DNA of 64,000 bases from the NCBI GenBank assembly GCA_002422025.1, contig DISV01000004.1, forward strand, positions 102,578 through 166,577, written 5' to 3'. Positions 29,990 through 40,812 of the stretch are shown piece after piece (the first letter of the stretch is position 1; every line of letters starts with the position of its first letter). Made by a program: the position numbers and the translations under genes. The stretch comes from Patescibacteria group bacterium UBA6201 (GTDB lineage Bacteria > Patescibacteriota > Minisyncoccia > Phycocordibacterales > UBA918). The notes beneath the pieces were generated by a model. The model did not search any database, had not been told where the DNA came from, and was given only the letters and a program-made list of their open reading frames with translations.

Positions 29990-31201
29990 TTATTTGATCA
30001 CACTAGCCACCGCCTTAACCAAACCTGGGGTCATAACTGACGGAATTATGTTATCGGCAGTTGGTTTTTTTACCAACGAAGCAATCTTCTTAGCAGCAGC
30101 AAGCTTCATTGCATCAGTAATAGCCTTCACATTGCGGTCCAGGGCCCCACGGAAGATGCCAGGGAAAGCGAGCGAGTTATTGACTTGATTAGGAAAATCA
30201 CTCCGTCCAGTTGCTACCACTGCGGCACCGGCGCGCTTCGCGTCATCGGGGTAAATTTCTGGTACCGGATTGGCGAGAGCAAATACCACAGCCTTATCAG
30301 CCATTCTTTCAATATGATGACGTGTGATAGTACCAGGACCAGACACACCAACAATAACGTCAGCGCCAGTCACTGCCTCCATTACCTCTCCCTTAATGTG
30401 TCGTGGATTAGTAATCTTAGAAAGTTCTTTTTTATAACCTGTGAGCCCTGGACGACCGGACACAATCACACCGCTACGGTCAGTCACAATAACATCCTCC
30501 ACTTTAGCCTCTCGAAGCAATTTAGCAATAGCGCATCCGGCTGCCCCGGAACCAACAATCACCACTTTCATATCCTCCATCTTCTTCCCCACTACTTTTG
30601 CCGCGTTTATAAGGCCAGCCAACACCACAATCGCTGTGCCGTGTTGATCGTCGTGCATCACTGGAATGTCTAGCTCTGCCTTTAGTCTCTCTTCAATAAT
30701 GAAACATTGTGGTGCAGCAATATCCTCAAGGTTAATTCCACCAAAAGTCGGAGCAATCGCTTTTACTACTTTAATGATTTCTTCTGGATCATGTACATCA
30801 AGTACGATTGGAAATGCATCCACTCCTGCCATCGCTTTAAATATTGCGCACTTTCCCTCCATTACCGGTAAGGCTCCTAAAGGACCAAGGTTCCCAAGCC
30901 CTAAGACTGCCGTACCGTCTGATACCACTGCCACTGTATTGCGCTTAATAGTATAGTCACGCGCTTCTTTAGGCCTCTTTGCCAAATGCGAAGAAACTGC
31001 ACCGACGCCTGGTGTGTAAATCGTACTCCAATCGTCACGAGTCTTTAGCTCTACCTTACCAACCACTTCAAGCTTACCTTTCAATTTTTTATGTAGAGCT
31101 AAGGCTAATTTGTTGTAATCCTTGCGAAATACACCCTGCGCTCGCTCAGACTTTAAGGAACCTGCGACTTTCTTTTTAGTGATAGTTTTCTTTTTCGGCA
31201 T
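29990..31201 (-). CDS. NAD(P)-dependent malic enzyme
   Basis: YTPGVGAVS..., VVSDGTAVLGLGNLGPLGALPVMEGK, VGSGAAGCA Rossmann motif. Confidence 0.85.
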   Translation of the reverse strand: MPKKKTITKKKVAGSLKSERAQGVFRKDYNKLALALHKKLKGKLEVVGKVELKTRDDWSTIYTPGVGAVSSHLAKRPKEARDYTIKRNTVAVVSDGTAVLGLGNLGPLGALPVMEGKCAIFKAMAGVDAFPIVLDVHDPEEIIKVVKAIAPTFGGINLEDIAAPQCFIIEERLKAELDIPVMHDDQHGTAIVVLAGLINAAKVVGKKMEDMKVVIVGSGAAGCAIAKLLREAKVEDVIVTDRSGVIVSGRPGLTGYKKELSKITNPRHIKGEVMEAVTGADVIVGVSGPGTITRHHIERMADKAVVFALANPVPEIYPDDAKRAGAAVVATGRSDFPNQVNNSLAFPGIFRGALDRNVKAITDAMKLAAAKKIASLVKKPTADNIIPSVMTPGLVKAVASVIK

Positions 31202-31264
31202 AATAGAGAAAAGTATATCATCTCAAATCAGAAAAAGACTCTGTTTGCTGGTAAAATAGATACC

Positions 31265-33445
31265 ATGCTCCCCACTGACTCACTTAGAACCCATTTCCGT
31301 CTGGACCAGGCACATGAAAAAGCCCTTAAAAAGCTTAGGATTGAAACCGTATCCGACCTCCTTCACCACCTACCCGCACGTTACGAGGACATTAGTGATA
31401 TTCAATCAGTCTCTGGTTTAACCGCCGGTAGTGAAGCAGTGATATATGGACAACTCGGTGGTCTCAAAGCCCGTAAGGCTTGGAAGAGCAAACGACCAAT
31501 AGCTGAAGGCTGGTTAGAAGACGGAACGTCGCGCATTAAAGTGATGTGGTTTAACCAACCATACCTCGCCAAGATGTATCAAGACGGACAGTATGTAAAA
31601 GCCTCTGGGAAAGTTACCGGTGTGGGAGATAAGATGTACCTAGCTAATCCAGAACTCGAACCAATGGAGTCTCTTCCGATTGACCGGCATGATTCAATTT
31701 TTAAAAATACTGAGAATATAGACGACACTATCTACCCTGTCTATAAAGAAACTAAAGGTGTCACCAGTCGCTGGTTCTACCACACGGTAATGAAATGTTT
31801 TGAAGCCGGTGTATTAGATAAGTTTATTGACCCAATTCCCACTCAAATACTCGAGCGCTATAAACTATATGAACTGAAGACTGCTCTTCGCTACATACAC
31901 TCACCTAAAAAACTTGATCATGCCACTGGCGCACGCAAACGCTTCGCTTTTGAGGAGGTTTTCTATATTCAAGTCCAAAAGGCAATGGAACGTGCTGCCG
32001 TGTCCGCTGCCACTACCTACCAAATTGACGCTACTGAAGATAATGTTCAGGAATTTATTTCTCGTTTTCCCTTCCCTCTCACTCGAGCACAACAAAGAGC
32101 AATTAATGAAATATTAATTGACTTTCATGGACAACACGCGATGTCTCGACTCCTTGAGGGTGACGTAGGCAGTGGCAAGACGGCCGTGGCTGCAACAACT
32201 GCGTACGCGGTTGTTACCTCTCGCCCTCCAGAAGGTCGAGGGACCAAAAGTGGTATCGACTATGGCAACTTGCAAGTGGCGTACATGGCTCCAACCGAAA
32301 TTCTGGCCAAACAACACTTCGAAAGCTTCATTCAATACTTTGAACACTTACCAATCCAAATTGGACTCATTACTGGTAGCGGTTGCTATAAGTTCCCATC
32401 AAAGTCCGACCCGACCAAACCGACCAAGATATCGAAAGCACAGCTGATGAAGTGGGTTAGGAGTGGTGAAGTTCCTATACTTATCGGTACGCATGCACTG
32501 ATTTATAAAAGTGTGGAGTTCAAACACCTCGCCTACGTCATTATTGACGAACAACACCGCTTCGGCACCAATCAGCGTAAAGCCTTAACTAAAAAGGGCG
32601 CGCCGATGCCTCACCTATTATCAATGACAGCAACCCCTATCCCTCGCACGCTTTCCCTTACTGTTTACGGTGACTTAGATCTCACTTTACTCGACGAAAT
32701 GCCAAAGGGGCGCAAGCCAGTAATTACCAAGATAGTTGGTCCAAACCAACAAGAGCCAATGTATGAGCATATTAAGAGCGAACTGGCGGCTGGCCGACAA
32801 GCCTATGTCATCTGTCCGCGTATCGAAGAACCTGATCCAGAAAAGGAAAATGTCTTAAACCTCAAGAGCGTTATCGCAGAAGCGGAACGTCTTCGAAAAA
32901 ATGTATTCAAAGGTGCTCAGGTTGACGTCCTACACGGCAAGATGACCCCTAGTGAAAAAGACGAAGTGATGAGACGTTTTCTCAACCACGACAGTGACAT
33001 ATTGGTAGCGACTTCAGTAGTCGAAGTCGGGGTGAATGTGCCAAACGCTACAAACATCATCATTGAGGGCGCAGAACGCTTTGGACTTTCCCAACTGCAC
33101 CAACTACGCGGTCGAGTCATTCGTGGCACACACCAACCATACTGTTTTGCTGTAACGGAATCAAAAAGTGAAAAGACACGCGATCGCCTTAAAGCGCTAT
33201 CTACCGCCAAGAATGGCTTTGAACTCTCAGAATACGATTTGCAATTTCGTGGTGCGGGCGAACTATATGGCTCTAAACAATCCGGCCTATCCGACCTAGG
33301 TATGGAAGCACTTAAGAATCTGAAATTAGTAGAAGCGGCTCGTAATGAGGCACGAATGCTGGTAGAGGCTGACCCAGCATTAGAAAAGCATAACAAAATA
33401 GCCGAGCGCGTCACCGCACTCGGATTAAATCTTCATTTGGAATAG
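31265..33445 (+). CDS. recG: ATP-dependent DNA helicase RecG
   Basis: Wedge domain, Walker A GDVGSGKT, DEQHRFG, helicase motifs; 726 aa. Confidence 0.9.
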   Translation: MLPTDSLRTHFRLDQAHEKALKKLRIETVSDLLHHLPARYEDISDIQSVSGLTAGSEAVIYGQLGGLKARKAWKSKRPIAEGWLEDGTSRIKVMWFNQPYLAKMYQDGQYVKASGKVTGVGDKMYLANPELEPMESLPIDRHDSIFKNTENIDDTIYPVYKETKGVTSRWFYHTVMKCFEAGVLDKFIDPIPTQILERYKLYELKTALRYIHSPKKLDHATGARKRFAFEEVFYIQVQKAMERAAVSAATTYQIDATEDNVQEFISRFPFPLTRAQQRAINEILIDFHGQHAMSRLLEGDVGSGKTAVAATTAYAVVTSRPPEGRGTKSGIDYGNLQVAYMAPTEILAKQHFESFIQYFEHLPIQIGLITGSGCYKFPSKSDPTKPTKISKAQLMKWVRSGEVPILIGTHALIYKSVEFKHLAYVIIDEQHRFGTNQRKALTKKGAPMPHLLSMTATPIPRTLSLTVYGDLDLTLLDEMPKGRKPVITKIVGPNQQEPMYEHIKSELAAGRQAYVICPRIEEPDPEKENVLNLKSVIAEAERLRKNVFKGAQVDVLHGKMTPSEKDEVMRRFLNHDSDILVATSVVEVGVNVPNATNIIIEGAERFGLSQLHQLRGRVIRGTHQPYCFAVTESKSEKTRDRLKALSTAKNGFELSEYDLQFRGAGELYGSKQSGLSDLGMEALKNLKLVEAARNEARMLVEADPALEKHNKIAERVTALGLNLHLE

Positions 33446-33550
33446 AGCGACTTGATCTAGTGCCCAATATCTTTATCAAATACTGATTATTTTACATTTT
33501 ATTTGATGTAATATTCAGTACAAAGATTACATTTAGCTAAGATAAAACAC

Positions 33551-33577
33551 AAAAAAGGCGACCGCAGTCGCCTTTTC
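33551..33577. terminator. Bidirectional hairpin aaaaaaggcgaccgcagtcgccttttc
   Basis: GC stem flanked by A- and T-runs. Confidence 0.55.
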
Positions 33578-33596
33578 ATTTCTCCGAGATAACGCC

Positions 33597-33818
33597 TCAG
33601 TGCAGAGTATAAACCACGGCACCTGCATCACGCATCTGAGAGTATACGTAGACCATGCTGTCAGAAACAACTAGGAGTTCTCCGACATGGCTGTATGCTA
33701 CATACAACTCCACGTCATTTGCACACTGTAACCCCAGATGTTTTGGCAACATATCCCCCCTCAATGATCGAATATACACGGCGTTATCGAGCTTATATTG
33801 ACTCCAGTCGAAAGTCAT
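33597..33818 (-). CDS. Hypothetical 73-aa protein
   Basis: ORF only. Confidence 0.3.
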   Translation of the reverse strand: MTFDWSQYKLDNAVYIRSLRGDMLPKHLGLQCANDVELYVAYSHVGELLVVSDSMVYVYSQMRDAGAVVYTLH

Positions 33819-33901
33819 GTCCGCCCTCCTTTTTAAAAAACTTTATGTTTACAGAATACATTATATCCACTAAATGACAATCTGCTGATACAATTAAACT
33901 T

Positions 33902-34633
33902 ATGTTAGACGTCATTTCTAGAGTATCCCTCCACCCAATCGATTATTCTGGGGCTCTACGCGTTACTGCGCTAAGCTTTAAAGAAAAAATTCAAGAAAAC
34001 GATAACACCTACTCATTCCTATTTACAACACCTAAGCTACCTGGATGGAAAGCTGGACAACACGCAATTTTCACTCTACCCGGGGCTCATGTCGCAGGCA
34101 AAACCTGGCGGCCTTTTTCAGTTGCCTCTGCTCCAAGTGAGGGCATCATTAGAATCGGTACAATCATCCCGCCAGAGCCGAGTAGTTTCAAACAAAGACT
34201 AATAGCACTTCAACCAGGCAATGTGATAAGGATGTTTGGCCCTTATGGTGAGCTTTATATCAAGCCTAGTATGAGTAAAGTAGTTGCGGTTGCTGGCGGT
34301 ATTGGTATCACCCCTTTTCGTTCCATAATCGCCGACATGGCCGACATGGATAATGATATCGACTTTCATTTGATTTACTCTGCCAAAGCTTCGCACGTAT
34401 ATAAAGCAGAGCTGGAAAATTGGAAACTCAAATTACCCCACCTCAAAATCACCTACACTACCACTGCTGATGAAGTGAACGCTGTACTTCTAAAAGAGGT
34501 GACAGAGGGAGGTAACAACACCCACTACCTACTATCTGGTGCGCCAGGGATGATTGAGGCACTACGACGCTCGCTACAAGAGCAAGGGGTTAGATCCGGT
34601 CGAATTATCAATGACCCCTTTAAGGGCTATTAA
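33902..34633 (+). CDS. Ferredoxin-NADP+ reductase-family oxidoreductase (FAD/NAD-binding)
   Basis: RPFSVAS (RxYS-type FAD motif) and VAGGIGITPFRS (NAD(P) motif). Confidence 0.7.
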   Translation: MLDVISRVSLHPIDYSGALRVTALSFKEKIQENDNTYSFLFTTPKLPGWKAGQHAIFTLPGAHVAGKTWRPFSVASAPSEGIIRIGTIIPPEPSSFKQRLIALQPGNVIRMFGPYGELYIKPSMSKVVAVAGGIGITPFRSIIADMADMDNDIDFHLIYSAKASHVYKAELENWKLKLPHLKITYTTTADEVNAVLLKEVTEGGNNTHYLLSGAPGMIEALRRSLQEQGVRSGRIINDPFKGY

Positions 34634-34676
34634 ACAACAGGTTGTGCGTTGCAAGTTTTAGTTTATAGTATTCTCA

Positions 34677-34719
34677 CCCACCCTTTAGCTCAGCCCTAAT
34701 AGAGCACAGAGCTTATAAT
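34677..34719 (+). repeat. Degenerate copy of the 5' half (to the anticodon loop) of tRNA-Ile(UAU)
   Basis: ccaccctttagctcag-ccctaa-tagagcacagagcttataa versus the genuine ccgcccttagctcagttggttagagcacagagcttatac. Confidence 0.5.
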
Positions 34720-34792
34720 GTGAGTTGGGGAAACAAGCGCGTTAACACTTGTTTTCCGAGATGAAGCGATGTGTGGAAATTGAAAATTGCGT

Positions 34793-34866
34793 CCGCCCTT
34801 AGCTCAGTTGGTTAGAGCACAGAGCTTATACCTCTGGGGTCCTTGGTTCGAGTCCAAGAGGGCGGA
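34793..34866 (+). tRNA. tRNA-Ile (anticodon UAU)
   Basis: Acceptor CCGCCCT/AGGGCGG, D-arm TAGCTCAGTTGGTTAGAGC, anticodon arm CAGAG-CTTATAC-CTCTG, T-arm CTTGG-TTCGAGT-CCAAG. Confidence 0.7.
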
Positions 34867-34892
34867 CGGAATTTTTAATTTTCTTATACCTG

Positions 34893-34956
34893 TCCTTAGT
34901 GCGAGTCCAAGAGTGCAAACCAATTAAAAAAACCTGCCCTATGGCAGGTTTTTTTA
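34893..34956 (+). terminator. Degenerate copy of the tRNA-Ile 3' end followed by a hairpin terminator
   Basis: gtgcgagtccaagagtgcaaac resembles the tRNA T-arm/acceptor; aaaaaaacctgccctatggcaggttttttt. Confidence 0.5.
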
Positions 34957-35105
34957 TGCATGCACGGATACTTTGCATTTTACGAACAGAGCAAAGCAAA
35001 AATACTTAGCGAGCTAAATGCTTTTATTACACTGTGTAAAACTGGACATATTCACAAAATACGTTGTTACAATAGCTTTAACCTTTAAACAAATAATTAA
35101 ATAAT

Positions 35106-35525
35106 ATGAGTCAAAGAACCATGCACGAGGTAGCCAAATTCGCTAGTGGTGTAGTGGCTGCTGACCTAGCAACCAACATTTGGTTTGCTTATAGTGGAAT
35201 CCTCCCTATTACCACAATGGGTGTGACCATCACCGAATCGATGTTATGGCCAGCCATCGTCTTTGATGTTGCTGCCTTAGCATTTTTAGTTCATTACGCT
35301 TGGAGAATTGGAAACATTCCATCCTTACGTGAACGTAGTTACTTAATGCTTGCTGGACTCGTATTCACTGGCGTCGCCATTATTCACTTTGCACGAATCT
35401 TCTTTGATGTTGATGTGGCAATAATGGGTTATGAGGCCCCGCACTGGATTTCCTGGACCGCCAGTATTGTGACCGCCTACCTTGCCTATATGAGCTTACG
35501 TTTGGCAACAAGATTGAGAGGTTAA
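35106..35525 (+). CDS. Hypothetical 4-TM membrane protein
   Basis: 139-aa hydrophobic ORF; hairpin terminator at 35550-35587. Confidence 0.5.
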   Translation: MSQRTMHEVAKFASGVVAADLATNIWFAYSGILPITTMGVTITESMLWPAIVFDVAALAFLVHYAWRIGNIPSLRERSYLMLAGLVFTGVAIIHFARIFFDVDVAIMGYEAPHWISWTASIVTAYLAYMSLRLATRLRG

Positions 35526-35627
35526 TTTAATAACTCAAACGTTAAACAAGGAACCGGTAGTCCTATGGACTACCGGTTTCTTGTTTTTACTCTTTAAACT
35601 CGCTACTAACTTCTAACGTCTATACAC

Positions 35628-37646
35628 CTAGACCTCCTTCCCCTTCATATGATCCGCATCGAATTCAATAGCGCTCGTTGGGTCACCTAGTCTTTCTTCT
35701 TCAAGACGCTGGTCGCGATAGAAATCCTTTATCTCCACACCTTCAGCTTTAAGAATTGCCTCATATTCCTCGCGCTCCAAAGTCTCTACCTCCAACAAAC
35801 GCATAGAAATAGCATCAAGTGCCTTGCGATTCTGAGACAATATCTCCTTAGCTGTTTCCATTCCTGTTGAGATAAGCTTTGACACCTCCTCATCAATTGA
35901 TTTTGCTACGTCTGGTGAATATCCACGATCCTCACCCACCCCACCACCAATCAAGCGTCCTCCAGAGCCTTCAAAGGCCACAGCACCGAGCTTATCACTC
36001 ATACCATACTTAGTGACCATATCGCGTGCGAGATTTGCTACAACCTGCAAGTCGTTAGACGGACCAGTGGTTAGATCGTCAAAAATCATCACCTCAGCTA
36101 CATAACCACCTAATGTCATTGCGATGTCATCAATAAACTCTTTGCGGGAATGCATCTTACGGTCTTGGTCAGGCAACTTCAAAGTATATCCGGCTGCACG
36201 ACCACGGGAGATGATAGATATCTTCTGTACCGGATCAGCATAAGGCAAGACCGAAGCAACCAACGCATGTCCAGCTTCATGATACGCAGTTACTTCTCTT
36301 TCTTTCTTCGAGAGCAAGTGGCTCTTGCGTTCTGGTCCAAGCATTACTTTTTCGATCGAACGAATAATGTCAAACTGTGACACTGTCTTACGCTCCTCGC
36401 GAGCCGCCAAGATAGCCGCTTCGTTCATCAGTGACTGCAAGTCAGCTCCAGAGAAACCTGGAGTACGAGTAGCGATAGTTGCAAGGTTCACATCTTCCGC
36501 CAATGGCTTCTTGCGTGCATGCACATTGAGAATCGCTTCACGATCGTCACGATCAGGTAGATCGATGGTTACACGTCTATCGAAGCGTCCAGGACGCACA
36601 AGCGCTGGGTCAAGTACATCTGGGCGGTTAGTAGCTGCCATCACAATCACCTTTTCGGTTGGCTCGAAGCCATCCATCTCTACCAGTATCTGGTTCAAGG
36701 TCTGTTCACGTTCATCATTTCCCCCACCAATACCAGTACCGCGGATGCGACCTACAGCATCAATTTCATCTACGAAGATGATTGCTGGAGCGGCCTTCTT
36801 CGCCATTTGGAATAGGTCCCGCACACGACTGGCTCCAACACCAACAAACATCTCTACAAACTCTGAACCAGAGATGGAAAAGAAAGGTACACCGGCCTCA
36901 CCAGCAACAGCCCGTGCCAATAGCGTCTTACCTGTTCCTGCCGGACCCATCAAGAGTACGCCTTTCGGAATTTCTGCACCGATATCCAAAAACTTTTTCG
37001 GATTCTTCAAGAAGTCCACTATCTCTTCTAACTCCTGCTTAGCTTCTTTGGCACCCGCCACATCTTTGAAAGTTACTTTTTGTGACTGATCATTAGGATC
37101 AATTACCCTTGCTTTGGACATTCCAAAATTCAGTGCCTGCATTCCAGCACCACGCATTGAACGGGTGAAGAACCAGATAATCAAGAGGAGAAAAATTATC
37201 GGGAAAATAAACGGAGCGAAGGTGGAAAGATAGTATGAGAAACCAGTCTCTTTCTGCACATCAATAGTCACACCGGCTATTTGTTCTGAAGTTACACCGA
37301 GATTAGCGAGCGTTTCCGTGATAGATGCATCAACTTCTTTCTTCCCTTCGGCCTTTGCCCTGGAGTCATCTTTATATGAAACCTCAAGTTTTGAACCGCG
37401 CACCACAATCTCACTAACCTCACCAGCCTTAACCCCTTCAGCAATGGCTGAGAGCGAAGCCTCTACTGGTTCTTCCTGACGTTCAGCAATATATGAATAT
37501 CCAGCCACAATCAGCATCAAAACTAAAATCGTCGACAGCATATTGTTCCAAAAATTGCCTGGACCAACTGGCATCTTCTTCATTAACATGGATGAACGAT
37601 TCCGCTTCTCTCCTTCTTTTTTATTCTTTATTTTTTTATCACTCAT
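35628..37646 (-). CDS. ftsH: ATP-dependent zinc metalloprotease FtsH
   Basis: Walker [12 protein letters not shown], zinc site HEAGHAL, N-terminal TMs. Confidence 0.9.
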   Translation of the reverse strand: MSDKKIKNKKEGEKRNRSSMLMKKMPVGPGNFWNNMLSTILVLMLIVAGYSYIAERQEEPVEASLSAIAEGVKAGEVSEIVVRGSKLEVSYKDDSRAKAEGKKEVDASITETLANLGVTSEQIAGVTIDVQKETGFSYYLSTFAPFIFPIIFLLLIIWFFTRSMRGAGMQALNFGMSKARVIDPNDQSQKVTFKDVAGAKEAKQELEEIVDFLKNPKKFLDIGAEIPKGVLLMGPAGTGKTLLARAVAGEAGVPFFSISGSEFVEMFVGVGASRVRDLFQMAKKAAPAIIFVDEIDAVGRIRGTGIGGGNDEREQTLNQILVEMDGFEPTEKVIVMAATNRPDVLDPALVRPGRFDRRVTIDLPDRDDREAILNVHARKKPLAEDVNLATIATRTPGFSGADLQSLMNEAAILAAREERKTVSQFDIIRSIEKVMLGPERKSHLLSKKEREVTAYHEAGHALVASVLPYADPVQKISIISRGRAAGYTLKLPDQDRKMHSRKEFIDDIAMTLGGYVAEVMIFDDLTTGPSNDLQVVANLARDMVTKYGMSDKLGAVAFEGSGGRLIGGGVGEDRGYSPDVAKSIDEEVSKLISTGMETAKEILSQNRKALDAISMRLLEVETLEREEYEAILKAEGVEIKDFYRDQRLEEERLGDPTSAIEFDADHMKGKEV

Positions 37647-37708
37647 ATTGCAGGTGATTATACAGAACTAGGGCGTTTTTACCATTTTTCTGCTACATTT
37701 ATGACATC

Positions 37709-38155
37709 GTGACTGACCTAATAAGAAACAAAAAAGCTGGGTTTAATTTTGAACTCCTCGAGCGCTATGAAGCGGGCGTGGAACTTTTAGGTATCGAAGT
37801 AAAATCTCTACGAAAAGGTCAAGGCAAACTCGAAGGCTCACACGTTATAGTTCGTGGTGACGAAGCTTATTTAGTCGGTGCCTCCATACCGGCTTTTCAA
37901 AAGGCCAACGCCCCAAAGGACTATGACCCGGAGCGAGTTCGTAGATTATTGTTGAAAAAAAAGGAGATTTTGGAGTTGTTCACAGAGAGTGAAAAGCGTG
38001 GTTTGACAATCGTGCCAATTCGGTGGTATAATAAAAACCGTTTAGTAAAGCTCGAAATCGCTATCGCTAAAGGTAAGAAAAACTATGACAAGCGCGAGAC
38101 CATTAAAGGTCGCGATACCAAACGCGAAATTGAGCGAACATTGAAAAACCAATAA
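37709..38155 (+). CDS. smpB: SsrA-binding protein SmpB
   Basis: 148 aa, typical SmpB sequence; tmRNA gene downstream. Confidence 0.9.
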   Translation: MTDLIRNKKAGFNFELLERYEAGVELLGIEVKSLRKGQGKLEGSHVIVRGDEAYLVGASIPAFQKANAPKDYDPERVRRLLLKKKEILELFTESEKRGLTIVPIRWYNKNRLVKLEIAIAKGKKNYDKRETIKGRDTKREIERTLKNQ

Positions 38156-38171
38156 TTGACTATTCAAAGGT

Positions 38172-38456
38172 GTGATCATGGGGACCACACCAAACAATGG
38201 GAGTGATGACATGCCTACAGAAAAGGATGAGACCTTGGTGTGGTTTGGGGAGGAAATCGATCCGCAGTTGATCGAATGCCCCCCGCCCGCGCCAGGGTTC
38301 ACCGGGGCACAGGTAACGAAGGCCTTGAATCAGGTTGATATCATTATGGCCGAACTTACCCAAGACCAAAAAAACAAACTTCTCCAGGAACTCCGCGAAA
38401 GGGAGCTTCGCGACCTGATCGATTTCTTCAGGATACACCGAATCACACGCCACTGA
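38172..38456 (+). CDS. Hypothetical 94-aa protein (locally GC-rich)
   Basis: ORF followed by hairpin terminator ggcggac-N-gtccgcc at 38470-38495. Confidence 0.35.
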   Translation: MIMGTTPNNGSDDMPTEKDETLVWFGEEIDPQLIECPPPAPGFTGAQVTKALNQVDIIMAELTQDQKNKLLQELRERELRDLIDFFRIHRITRH

Positions 38457-38578
38457 ACTGTTCTTTTTAGGCGGACGCATATACTGTGTCCGCCATACCT
38501 TTGAGAAGTCAATTTACAACTGCCATTCGCTGAAAATTTGTGGGTATACTTTCTGAGTGCTTACCCCGTAAGCTTTCA

Positions 38579-38955
38579 GGGGATGACAGGCATCGACGGT
38601 TTGAATCGTTCATCCACGCAATGCCGAAATTGGAATCAATTCGTTAAAAGGTTCCATCTGTATCTGCAAACAAAGCAATACCAAGTCCGTTCTCATACGG
38701 ATTCGCCTTCGCTCGAGCGTAAGTTCGCGTAGGTGACGCTAACCTGCCCCACGTCTAATAAGGTTGTGTTAGTGGAATAGCATTGGACTCTAGATAATTG
38801 ATTTGTTCCATTAATTATCCAAATTGTTAGGAACTGCTCGTGTTGAGATTTTGCCAAATTTTTCACTTACCACGCTAAGATTTAAATCTGGCTATGCATT
38901 GTAGAAGTGTATGGACGACCATTCTCGGACGTGGATTCAATTTCCACCATCTCCA
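38579..38955 (+). ncRNA. ssrA: tmRNA (ssrA), standard one-piece
   Basis: 5' GGGGATGACAGGCATCGACGG (acceptor strand plus conserved GGC-ATCGACGG), 3' T-arm GTGGA-TTCAATT-TCCAC, acceptor CATCTCC, discriminator A; internal tag ORF starting GCAAAC and ending ...FAFARA-TAA; adjacent to smpB. Confidence 0.75.
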
Positions 38956-39159
38956 CGAGTACAAAAATCCGCTCGCACGAAAGTGCGGGCGATTTTTGTT
39001 CGTGGAGATGGTGAGAAAGCAAACTGTTTTGCTTTCGTGAAATTGAATCGGGCGGAGCGTTGTGTTTTTGCTCTTACTTAGGCAAAAACACCGCGAGCCG
39101 GGCCTGCAAGCACTTAGTATTTTAAGTGCGGAGCACGAATAAATACTTAGTGACTTGAT

Positions 39160-39184
39160 GGTTCAATTTCCACCATCTCCACCA
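39160..39184 (+). repeat. Near-perfect direct copy of the tmRNA 3' end (attachment-site-like), 205 bp downstream of ssrA
   Basis: ggttcaatttccaccatctccacca versus the tmRNA ggattcaatttccaccatctccac. Confidence 0.7.
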
Positions 39185-39323
39185 ATTCTGAAGCAAAACG
39201 AGCCTTATAAAATAAGGCTCGTTTTGTTGTATTTTGGAGAGATGTTTGGAAATTAGAACCTCTGTTTACAAACTATTATTTTTATAATATTGTTCGACTA
39301 GCTACACAGCTTGGAGACTTGAG

Positions 39324-39872
39324 ATGAAAACCATCTATGTAAGTCCTCGCAACGTGCAGATAACCACGGTAGATGGATGCCAGATGTCCGTCAAACTGGT
39401 ACTGGTACGCGAGGCGGGTGGTTTTATCAGTCTTCAAGACTGGAAACCACCTTCTGAACTGGATGATGTAGAAATTGTGCTGGTGAAGAGGCCCTGCTTC
39501 AAGCGATTACGACTACCACACGATGTAAAGCAAGCGATACTGCATTTCCTGCAACGCTACCACGCAAAACAGGACATATCGTTTGATTGCTACGCATTCG
39601 CCAACTTGGTCAAAGGGGTAAAAGTTCACAAAGTTCCTTTCATGCTCAAATACTGGAACAAGCGACCCAAACCCTGGTTTATTCCAGTTGGTTCAGTTGT
39701 ATTCTTCGAGAGCGGTGAGAACCGCTTCCACCATACAGCTGTCTACATCGGGTATGGACTGTACATTTCAGTCTGGGGTGCTGGTGGCGACCTCGAAGTT
39801 GCAACACTCAAATCAATGAAACGCGACTACGGCGCTGAACGAGTGATGTTCGCTGAACCAGTCGCTACTTGA
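39324..39872 (+). CDS. Island cargo 1: NlpC/P60-like (Cys-His papain-fold) putative hydrolase
   Basis: FDCYAF...VGSVVFFESGENRFHHTAVYIGYG follows the C..H..H spacing of NlpC/P60; GC-rich; own promoter-like module and intrinsic terminator (39869-39905). Confidence 0.45.
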   Translation: MKTIYVSPRNVQITTVDGCQMSVKLVLVREAGGFISLQDWKPPSELDDVEIVLVKRPCFKRLRLPHDVKQAILHFLQRYHAKQDISFDCYAFANLVKGVKVHKVPFMLKYWNKRPKPWFIPVGSVVFFESGENRFHHTAVYIGYGLYISVWGAGGDLEVATLKSMKRDYGAERVMFAEPVAT

Positions 39873-39904
39873 CCGCCTTCCCTTCGGGGTGGGCGGTTTC
39901 TTTT

Positions 39905-39992
39905 TCACCAGAAATCAACAATCTTCAAGAAACTCGGACACTCCATTTCAATCAAAGAGGTTTTAACTTGTAGTAAACTGCTCCACAGAATC
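39905..39992 (+). repeat. Cassette-junction module M1 (degenerate tmRNA 3' end copy)
   Basis: cttcaagaaactcggacactccatttcaatcaaagaggttttaacttgtagtaaactgctccacagaat; about 98% identical to 40813-40897; ctcggac...tttcaat...ctccacagaat echoes the tmRNA ctcggacgtggattcaattt...ctccaccaatt. Confidence 0.6.
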
Positions 39993-40133
39993 TGAAGCAA
40001 AAAGAGCCTTATATAATAAGGCTCTTTTTGTGCAATTTTTGACAGATGTATGGAAACTAGAACCTCTATTTACAGACTACTGTTTTCATTATATTGTTTC
40101 AATAGCTCTTTCAACTAAAACACGAGGTGAAAC

Positions 40134-40739
40134 ATGAGAGAAGTTTCTCTTACGCTCGACTATCTGACCATCGAACAGCTAATCGACCTTATCGACGAGC
40201 CGCATCGTTCGGTCTGCCAGCGCATTCTTGCGGACAACCGCAAACTCTTCGAAACAGCACGCGGTTCAACCCATAACCATCAGACATGGGACGGGGGTTA
40301 CATCGACCATGTCACTGACGGCATGAACTACGTGCGCCACCTCTACACGTTCGATGAGGCCTTCGGTCGACCTTTGCCATTCTCGATGTCAGATGCCCTG
40401 CTGGTCTTCTTCTTGCACGACCTCGAAAAACCTTGGCGTATCCTGGTCGATGAATCGGGGCAAGCATCAAACCGCGAGGGACTCGACACCAAAGCAACCT
40501 ACAAGGCATTTCGTGAAGAAAAGCTGGCATCGTACGGCCTCGAACTGAGCGACATGCAGTTCAACGGCTTCACGTACGTCGAAGGCGAACTTCATGACTA
40601 CACCAGCAAGCGGCGCGTCATGAACGAGCTGGCAGCTTTCGCCCACAAAGTCGACAACTGGTGCGCTCGTGGATGGTATGACTACCCCAAAGCCACTGAT
40701 GACGAGTGGACGGGCGCTGGTCGGATACGCACCACGTAA
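40134..40739 (+). CDS. Island cargo 2: HD-domain metal-dependent phosphohydrolase
   Basis: STHNHQTWDGGYIDH plus FFLHDLEKP (H..HD..D); about 55% GC versus about 44% surroundings; own promoter module and terminator. Confidence 0.6.
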   Translation: MREVSLTLDYLTIEQLIDLIDEPHRSVCQRILADNRKLFETARGSTHNHQTWDGGYIDHVTDGMNYVRHLYTFDEAFGRPLPFSMSDALLVFFLHDLEKPWRILVDESGQASNREGLDTKATYKAFREEKLASYGLELSDMQFNGFTYVEGELHDYTSKRRVMNELAAFAHKVDNWCARGWYDYPKATDDEWTGAGRIRTT

Positions 40740-40812
40740 CATCGTTACAACAACCACTGAATCTTGAATTGAAAGTCACCCTTTCGTTTCAACGATTGGG
40801 TGGTTTTCTTTT

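Noticed and set aside
38930-39020. Possible permuted (two-piece) tmRNA, because a 3' acceptor strand and T-arm are followed by an inverted acceptor copy
   Set aside because: A complete one-piece tmRNA with a proper 5' end (GGGGATGACAGGCATCGACGG at 38579) ends at 38955. The downstream inverted copy is better explained as a trailer hairpin or terminator.
39905-39992. Junction module M as an integron attC site
   Set aside because: It lacks the R''/L''-L'/R' inverted-repeat symmetry and the GTTRRRY core. Every cassette has its own promoter. The similarity to the tmRNA 3' end fits an integrase att scar better.
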